Part shown: positions 57,969-64,000 of the stretch, piece by piece | How positions within the stretch are numbered: the first letter of the stretch is position 1 | How the letters are laid out: each line of letters starts with the position of its first letter | NCBI RefSeq assembly: GCF_044324875.1 | Contig: NZ_CP172185.1 | Length of the DNA stretch: 64,000 nt | Direction: 5' to 3' (one strand) | From: Escherichia coli | Lineage (GTDB): Bacteria > Pseudomonadota > Gammaproteobacteria > Enterobacterales > Enterobacteriaceae | Made by a program: the position numbers and the translations under genes | Notes under the pieces: model-generated | What the model was told of the DNA's origin: nothing | Seen by the model: the letters and a program-made list of their open reading frames with translations, nothing else | Databases searched by the model: none

Positions 57969-58319
57969 CCACCACGCGGGGGTAAAACCCCGCGTATTGA
58001 ATTGTGATGGTTTGGTCTCCTGCACCCTTTTTTAATTTATATTGTTTATGTGAATATTATGCCTATGTTTATTATTCATATATATTACGGATGAAAATTA
58101 TTTGATTATTCATAATGTGCAAAATGGCATCTGAATCGATCGCAGTTTGGCATTCGAATCGATCATGATTTGGCATCCATCTCCGATCACAGTTTGGCAT
58201 CACAATCGATCACGATTTGGCATGCTTCCGATCATTGATTGGCATCCTGCCAGTCACTCCGGGAATTAACTCTTTTCACCACAGTCTCCATTGCCGTGTT
58301 TAAACCAGTGGAGACGTCA

Positions 58320-59885
58320 ATGTCCAGAAAGAGAAAATCCAGGAGCACTATGGAAACCTGTTTTAAGATCCTTCAGCTCAAGTTCGACAAGAAGCTGACT
58401 AACCGTTGTATCGGACTGACGTTACACATCAGCGCCTCAACCGTTTTTGAGGTTCTTGCCCGCTTCAAAGCCTCTTCTCTGTCATGGCCATTACCTGCTG
58501 ATATATCCCATGACACGCTGGAGAAACTCATTTTTCCGCCCAAAGACACCTTTGCATCAGAGCTTGTAATGCCTGACATGTTGTACTTCGATACGGAAAT
58601 GAGAAAACCAGGTGTGACGCGGCAACTGTTGTGGATGGAATACAAGGCACAGGCGGGTAACAAAGCGATGGGATACTCGCACTTCTGCCGTTGCTACCGG
58701 GAGTGGAAAAAAACGCGACGTCTCTCCATGCGCCAGGAGCATCGTGCCGGCGAAAAGCTTTTTATCGACTTCTGTGGTCCTACGGTTCCTGTTATTAATC
58801 CGGACACCGGTGAGATACGCCGCGTGGCAATCTTCGTGGCCGTAATGGGGGCGTCCAACTATACCTACGTTGAAGCGTGCGAAGGTCAGGACATGATGTC
58901 ATGGTTAAATGCCCACAGCCGTTGCCTGACCTTCCTGGGCGGCGTACCGAAGCTGCTCATCCCCGATAACCTCAGAAGCGCAGTGAAAAAGGCCGATCGA
59001 TATGAGCCTGTCATCAACGACAGTTATCAGGCACTGGCTGAGCACTATGGCACGGTTATCATCCCGGCCCGACCACGCAAACCTAAAGATAAACCAAAAG
59101 CAGAAAACGGCGTCCTCATCGTTGAACGATGGCTTCTTGCCCGCATCCGTAATGAAACCTTCCACACGCTCAGGGCGCTGAATGCGCGCCTTAGGGAGTT
59201 ACTGACAGACATGAATAACCGGCCAATGAAGGGGTACGGCAATCAAACCCGTGCAGAACGCTTCCGCATACTGGATGCGCCAGCACTCTCTCCGCTGCCT
59301 CTGGCACCTTATGAATACACGGAATACAAAGCTGTGAAGGTTGGCCCTGACTACCACGTTGAATATGCCCGTCACTGGTACTCCGTTCCACACGAACTGG
59401 TCGGTCAGCGTCTGTCACTGAAGGCGGGGCAGTCGGTGGTACAGCTCTGGCACAAGGGGCAGTGTGTGGCGCAACATCCGCGCAGCACACATGAATATAA
59501 ACACACAACCAATCCGCTTCACATGCCAGAGCGCCACCGGCAGCACGGGACATGGACACCGGAACGCCTGATCGAGCAGGGAAAACGTACGGGCCCGTCC
59601 ACAGGCCGGGTGGTTGAATCCATGCTGAAGGCAAAACCCCATCCGGAACTGGCTTATCGTGCAGTTCTGGGGCTGCTGGCACTTCAGAAAAAATACGGCC
59701 CGGAACGGCTGGAAAAGGCCTGTTACGTTGCCCTGCACTATAACGCCCCTGACAGACGCTTTATCGACAATCTGCTGCGTCACCATCGGGAGAACCTGGA
59801 GCTTCCATTATCCCGCCAGGGCGAACAACATCCGGCATATGCTTCAGAGCATGAAAACCTGCGTGGTCCGGGCTACTACCACTGA
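58320..59885 (+). CDS. istA: IS21-family transposase IstA
   Basis: The start is placed at the ATG at 58320 (MSRKRKSRS...), preceded by SD ggag. N-terminal HTH and a DDE integrase core region. 521 aa. Confidence 0.85.
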   Translation: MSRKRKSRSTMETCFKILQLKFDKKLTNRCIGLTLHISASTVFEVLARFKASSLSWPLPADISHDTLEKLIFPPKDTFASELVMPDMLYFDTEMRKPGVTRQLLWMEYKAQAGNKAMGYSHFCRCYREWKKTRRLSMRQEHRAGEKLFIDFCGPTVPVINPDTGEIRRVAIFVAVMGASNYTYVEACEGQDMMSWLNAHSRCLTFLGGVPKLLIPDNLRSAVKKADRYEPVINDSYQALAEHYGTVIIPARPRKPKDKPKAENGVLIVERWLLARIRNETFHTLRALNARLRELLTDMNNRPMKGYGNQTRAERFRILDAPALSPLPLAPYEYTEYKAVKVGPDYHVEYARHWYSVPHELVGQRLSLKAGQSVVQLWHKGQCVAQHPRSTHEYKHTTNPLHMPERHRQHGTWTPERLIEQGKRTGPSTGRVVESMLKAKPHPELAYRAVLGLLALQKKYGPERLEKACYVALHYNAPDRRFIDNLLRHHRENLELPLSRQGEQHPAYASEHENLRGPGYYH

Positions 59886-59901
59886 CAGAAGGAACAACAG
59901 T

Positions 59902-60657
59902 ATGAGTGATAACCTGTTAAACAAACTGACCCAACTGAAACTCCCGGCGATGGCCGGGAGCCTGATACGGCAGCGGGAAACGCCTCAGACCTACGACGAA
60001 CTGTCGTTCGAGGAAAGGCTGACGCTGCTGGTTGATGACGAGCTTCTGAGCAGGGAAAACAGCCGTGTGGCACGGTTGAGAAAAAATGCCGGCCTGAAAT
60101 ACCAGGCAACACCGGAAGGGCTGCGCTATCCGGCCTCAAGAGGTCTGCGGGCTGAACAGATGAGAGAACTGCTGAACGGCCACTACATAACCCACAGGAA
60201 AAACCTGCTGATAACCGGTCCGACAGGATGTGGCAAGAGCTGGATAGCCAATGCGCTGGGCGAACAGGCATGTCGACAGAAACACAGCGTCCGGTACTGT
60301 AGAACCGGGCGATTACTGGAACAACTGGCTCAGGGACGTGTTGATGGCAGCTGGCTGAAATATCTGAAACAGTTGCAAAAAATACAGGTTCTAATCCTGG
60401 ACGATCTGGGGCTGGAACAGTTAAGTAACGCCCAGTGTAATGACCTTCTGGAGCTCATAGAGGATCGTTACGGACAAAGCAGCACGATAGTGGTAAGCCA
60501 GTTCCCGGTAGATAAATGGCATGGTCTGATGGAGAACCCAACAACAGCAGATGCCATCCTGGACAGACTGGTACATAACTCACACCGAGTGGTCCTTCAG
60601 GGAGAGTCACTGAGGAAAAATCCCCCGGTAGTGGAAAGCAGCGAAAAAACGCGTTAA
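59902..60657 (+). CDS. istB: IS21-family helper ATPase IstB
   Basis: The ATG at 59902 (MSDNLLNKLTQLKLP...) lies 16 nt after the istA stop. Walker A GPTGCGKS and Walker B VLILDDLG. 251 aa. Confidence 0.85.
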   Translation: MSDNLLNKLTQLKLPAMAGSLIRQRETPQTYDELSFEERLTLLVDDELLSRENSRVARLRKNAGLKYQATPEGLRYPASRGLRAEQMRELLNGHYITHRKNLLITGPTGCGKSWIANALGEQACRQKHSVRYCRTGRLLEQLAQGRVDGSWLKYLKQLQKIQVLILDDLGLEQLSNAQCNDLLELIEDRYGQSSTIVVSQFPVDKWHGLMENPTTADAILDRLVHNSHRVVLQGESLRKNPPVVESSEKTR

Positions 60658-60808
60658 AAAGCGGTAGAAAAAGTTAAGTTCCCGGTTGATCGAATGGATG
60701 CGAATCGCTGATCGGACTTCGATGCCAATCCGTGATCGAATAGAGCGGAATACGCACATAATGTAAATATTTTATTGAACGATATATATCACAGATAATT
60801 TTTAATAT

Positions 60809-63508
60809 ATGCGTAAATATCCTTTAAGTTTACTGAAGGATAAAAATATTGTGACTTTTTTTGATTTCTGGGGAAAAACCCGACGCGGCGAGAAAGACGG
60901 GGGCGACGACTATCACCTTCTTTGCTGGCATTCGCTGGATGTAGCCGCGATGGGCTATTTAATGGTTAAAAGCAATTGCTTCGGGCTGACTGACTATTTT
61001 CGTCAACTAGGTTTCGCTGATACGGAGCAGGCAGCACAATTTTTCGCCTGGCTATTGTGCTGGCACGATACTGGAAAATTTGCCCGCTCTTTTCAGCAAC
61101 TTTACCTGCACCCACAACTCAAGGTTCCGGAAGGCGCAAGAAAGAATTACGAAAAGATCTCTCATTCAACGCTGGGCTACTGGCTGTGGCATCATTATTT
61201 AAGTGAATACGAAGAATTGCTTCCTTCATCTTCACTCTCTCCGCGCAAACTTAAACGGGTGATGGAGATGTGGATGCCCATAACTACCGGGCATCATGGT
61301 CGCCCGCCTGACCGTATTGATGAACTGGATAATTTTCTGCCTGAAGACAAAGCTGCCGCGCGAGATTTTCTTCTTGAAATCAAACCACTGTTTCCGCTCA
61401 TAGAGATCCCCGCATTCTGGGATGATGATGAGGGCATTGAACTTATAAAACACCTTTCCTGGTATATCTCTGCAACCGTCGTGCTCGCAGACTGGACGGG
61501 TTCGTCAACGCGATTTTTTCCACGCGTCGCACACCCAATGGATATTAAAGGTTACTGGCAGAAAACTTTAGTTCAGGCTCAAAACGCCTTAACCGTCTTT
61601 CCTCTAAAAGCAAAAGTCGCGCCTTTCACCGGAATTAATACGCTGTTTCCTTTTATTGAGAATCCGACACCGTTACAGCAAAAGGTGCTGGATCTGGATA
61701 TCAGCCAGCCAGGGCCACAGTTATTTATTCTGGAAGATGTGACTGGCGCAGGTAAAACGGAAGCGGCGCTTATCCTGGCGCACAGGTTGATGGCTGCGGG
61801 TAAAGCGCAGGGTTTGTTTTTTGGCCTGCCAACAATGGCAACGGCCAATGCCATGTACGATCGACTGGTCAAAACCTGGCTTGCTTTCTATTCGCCAGAG
61901 TCCCGCCCCAGCCTGGTGCTGGCACACAGTGCCCGAACATTAATGGACCGCTTTAATGAATCACTCTGGTCCGGTGATTTAGTCGGGTCAGAAGAACCGG
62001 ATGAACAAACGTTCAGTCAGGGATGTGCGGCCTGGTTTGCCGACAGTAACAAGAAGGCGCTACTGGCTGAAATTGGCGTCGGCACGCTGGATCAGGCGAT
62101 GATGGCTGTGATGCCGTTCAAACATAATAATCTGCGGCTTCTGGGACTGAGTAACAAAATCCTGCTGGCTGATGAGATCCATGCCTGTGACGCTTACATG
62201 TCATGCATTCTTGAAGGGCTGATCGAGCGGCAGGCGCGTGGCGGAAACAGCGTCATTTTGCTTTCTGCCACGTTATCTCAACAGCAGTGCGACAAACTCG
62301 TTGCTGCCTTTGCGCGTGGTACAGAGGGCCAGCAAGAAGCTCCGTTCCTGGAAAAGGATGATTACCCCTGGCTGACGCACGTTACGAAATCCGATGTGCA
62401 TTCACACCGGGTAGCGACGCGCAAAGACGTTGAGCGTAGCGTGAGCGTGGGTTGGCTTCATAGCGAACAAGAATGTATTGCGCGTATCGAATCGGCAGTA
62501 AGTCAGGGGAAATGCATCGCCTGGATCCGGAATTCTGTCGATGACGCTATTAAGGTTTATCGTCAGTTGCTTGCCCGCGGCGTCATTCCTGCTTCCAGCC
62601 TTTCTCTGTTTCATAGCCGCTTTGCTTTTAGCGATCGCCAGCGAATTGAAACGGAAACGCTGGCACGCTTCGGTAAAGAAGATAGCTCACAGCGTGCCGG
62701 AAAAGTCCTCATTTGTACTCAGGTCTTAGAGTCGAGCGTTGATTGCGATATGGACGAAATGATTTCCGACCTGGCCCCTGTTGATTTGCTGATCCAGCGA
62801 GCGGGGCGATTACAGCGGCATATCCGCGATATTAATGGTCAGTTAAAGCGTGACGGAAAAGACGAGCGTTCCCCTCCTGAATTGCTGATTCTGGCCCCCG
62901 TCTGGGACGACGCTCCAGGTGACGAATGGTTCGGCAGTGCCATGCGTAACAGTGCATATGTCTATCCCGATCATGGACGAATCTGGCTGACGCAGCGTGT
63001 ACTGCGTGAGCAAGGCGCTATTCAAATGCCACACGCAGCCCGCCTTCTTATTGAATCAGTCTACGGTGAGGACGTGGTAATGCCGGAAGGATTTGCCCGC
63101 AGCGAGCAGGAGCAAGTGGGCAAATATTACTGCGATCGCGCAATGGCTAAAAAGTTTGTGCTGAACTTCAGGCCTGGCTATGCCGCCAATATCAACGATT
63201 ACCTTCCGGAAAAGCTGTCGACACGTCTGGCGGAGGAGTCTGTTTCCCTGTGGCTGGCTACCTGTATTGCCAGTGTGGTGAAGCCTTATGCCAACGGTGC
63301 TCACGCATGGGAAATGAGCGTTGTCAGAGTGCGTCGAAGCTGGTGGAAAAAACATCGGGATGAGTTTTCTTTACTGGAAGGGGAAGCGTTCAGGCAGTGG
63401 TGCATTGAACAGCGGAAAGATCCGGAGATGGCAAACGTGATTTTAGTTACCGATGACGAAAGTTGCGGGTATTCGGCTATGGAAGGATTGACTGGCAAGG
63501 TTGGTTGA
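60809..63508 (+). CDS. cas3: Type I-E CRISPR-associated nuclease/helicase Cas3
   Basis: 899-aa ORF. HD-domain motifs (HSLDVAA, WHDTGKF, TGHHG) and SF2 helicase motifs (GAGKTEAAL, ADEIHACD, SATL, QRAGRLQRH). It clearly differs in sequence from K-12 Cas3. An alternative GTG start at 60851 (SD aagga) aligns better with the usual FWGK N-terminus. Confidence 0.9.
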   Translation: MRKYPLSLLKDKNIVTFFDFWGKTRRGEKDGGDDYHLLCWHSLDVAAMGYLMVKSNCFGLTDYFRQLGFADTEQAAQFFAWLLCWHDTGKFARSFQQLYLHPQLKVPEGARKNYEKISHSTLGYWLWHHYLSEYEELLPSSSLSPRKLKRVMEMWMPITTGHHGRPPDRIDELDNFLPEDKAAARDFLLEIKPLFPLIEIPAFWDDDEGIELIKHLSWYISATVVLADWTGSSTRFFPRVAHPMDIKGYWQKTLVQAQNALTVFPLKAKVAPFTGINTLFPFIENPTPLQQKVLDLDISQPGPQLFILEDVTGAGKTEAALILAHRLMAAGKAQGLFFGLPTMATANAMYDRLVKTWLAFYSPESRPSLVLAHSARTLMDRFNESLWSGDLVGSEEPDEQTFSQGCAAWFADSNKKALLAEIGVGTLDQAMMAVMPFKHNNLRLLGLSNKILLADEIHACDAYMSCILEGLIERQARGGNSVILLSATLSQQQCDKLVAAFARGTEGQQEAPFLEKDDYPWLTHVTKSDVHSHRVATRKDVERSVSVGWLHSEQECIARIESAVSQGKCIAWIRNSVDDAIKVYRQLLARGVIPASSLSLFHSRFAFSDRQRIETETLARFGKEDSSQRAGKVLICTQVLESSVDCDMDEMISDLAPVDLLIQRAGRLQRHIRDINGQLKRDGKDERSPPELLILAPVWDDAPGDEWFGSAMRNSAYVYPDHGRIWLTQRVLREQGAIQMPHAARLLIESVYGEDVVMPEGFARSEQEQVGKYYCDRAMAKKFVLNFRPGYAANINDYLPEKLSTRLAEESVSLWLATCIASVVKPYANGAHAWEMSVVRVRRSWWKKHRDEFSLLEGEAFRQWCIEQRKDPEMANVILVTDDESCGYSAMEGLTGKVG

Positions 63509-63605
63509 GATGCCTGCGACAGGGCTCTCTGAATAGTTGATACACCGAAAAGGATGGAATGATGGACAACCGACCTGGGATGGTCTTTTTTACGAGAGGA
63601 TGCGT

Positions 63606-64000
63606 ATGAACTCGTTTTCACTTCTGACAACCCCGTGGTTGCCCGTTCGTTATAAAGACGGAACGACAGGCAAACTGGCGCCTGTCGATCTGGCGGATGA
63701 AAATGTTGTCGATATTGCTGCGCCACGGGCAGATCTCCAGGGAGCGGCATGGCAGTTTTTGCTGGGGCTACTACAAACCAGCTTTGCGCCAAAAGATCAT
63801 CGTCGTTGGGATGATATCTGGGAAGACGGACTGGAATCTGAAAAGCTACGGGAAGCATTGCTGTCCTTAGAACACGCTTTCCAGTTTGGGCCAGATTCCC
63901 CTTCATTTATGCAGGATTTCGAGGCGCTCACAGGAGATAAAGTTCAGGTCGCTTCGCTACTGCCTGAGATTCCCGGCGCTCAAACAACGAAGTTTAATAA
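63606..64000 (+). CDS. casA: Cse1/CasA (Cascade large subunit), 5' partial, continues beyond the window
   Basis: The ATG at 63606 is preceded by SD gagga. The N-terminus is MNSFSLLTTPWLPVRYKDGTTGKLAPVDLAD.... Its position immediately after cas3 and the W.PV N-terminal motif are typical of Cse1. Confidence 0.75.
   Translation, partial: MNSFSLLTTPWLPVRYKDGTTGKLAPVDLADENVVDIAAPRADLQGAAWQFLLGLLQTSFAPKDHRRWDDIWEDGLESEKLREALLSLEHAFQFGPDSPSFMQDFEALTGDKVQVASLLPEIPGAQTTKFN

Larger units (their letters stand above)
58116..60756 (+). mobile_element. IS21-family insertion sequence (istA-istB), about 2.64 kb
   Basis: The ends are 5'-TG...CA-3'. The element is flanked by a direct repeat cataa (58111-58115 and 60757-60761). 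About six direct copies of (a/t)ttggcat-N5-8-cgatca lie at the left end (58116-58255), and three inverted copies lie at the right end (60686-60756). This pattern is typical of IS21-family multiple terminal repeats. The specific IS name is not recognised. Confidence 0.85.

Overview
Escherichia coli-type chromosomal segment. It is collinear with, and inverted relative to, the K-12 map from ygdI/gcvB/gcvA to cas3/casA. Gene order: ygdI, gcvB sRNA, gcvA, ygdD, rlmM, the fuc regulon (fucR-U-K-I-P / fucA-O), xni, sdaB-sdaC, ppnN, queF, syd, csrB sRNA with its UvrY box, yqcC-truC-yqcA, gudP-X-D, barA, rlmD, relA, mazG, pyrG, eno, a lemA + 3x TPM-domain operon, queE, two orphan type I-E CRISPR arrays, the uncharacterised ygc/yqc cluster, queD, cysJIH, a Hok-family toxin locus, an IS21-family element, cas3 and the 5' end of cse1/casA. 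The ygc/yqc cluster encodes an FGGY kinase, two MFS transporters, an SDR, an FAD oxidase, ETF alpha/beta, a GlpP-like antiterminator, a FixX-like ferredoxin and FixC-like ygcN. Most of the window is conserved core genome, and most gene calls rest on recognising the translated products. Departures from the K-12 arrangement as I recall it: (1) mazEF is missing between relA and mazG. (2) Four genes (lemA plus three TPM paralogs sharing a ...GGGG(A/S)SGRW C-terminus) lie where K-12 has only ygcG. (3) ygcN carries an in-frame TGA. (4) An apparently intact HokE-like type I toxin locus lies between cysH and cas3. (5) An IS21-family element is inserted 52 bp upstream of cas3. (6) The cas3/cse1 genes belong to a non-K-12 I-E sequence variant and are separated by only 97 nt. 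The most interesting unexplained structure is a pair of near-mirror-image intrinsic terminators in the leaders of the divergent yqcE-ygcE and ygcWUSRQ operons. They flank a perfect CRP box and are plausible targets of the GlpP-like antiterminator YgcP encoded in the same cluster. No homology search or folding computation could be run, so all family assignments are by eye.
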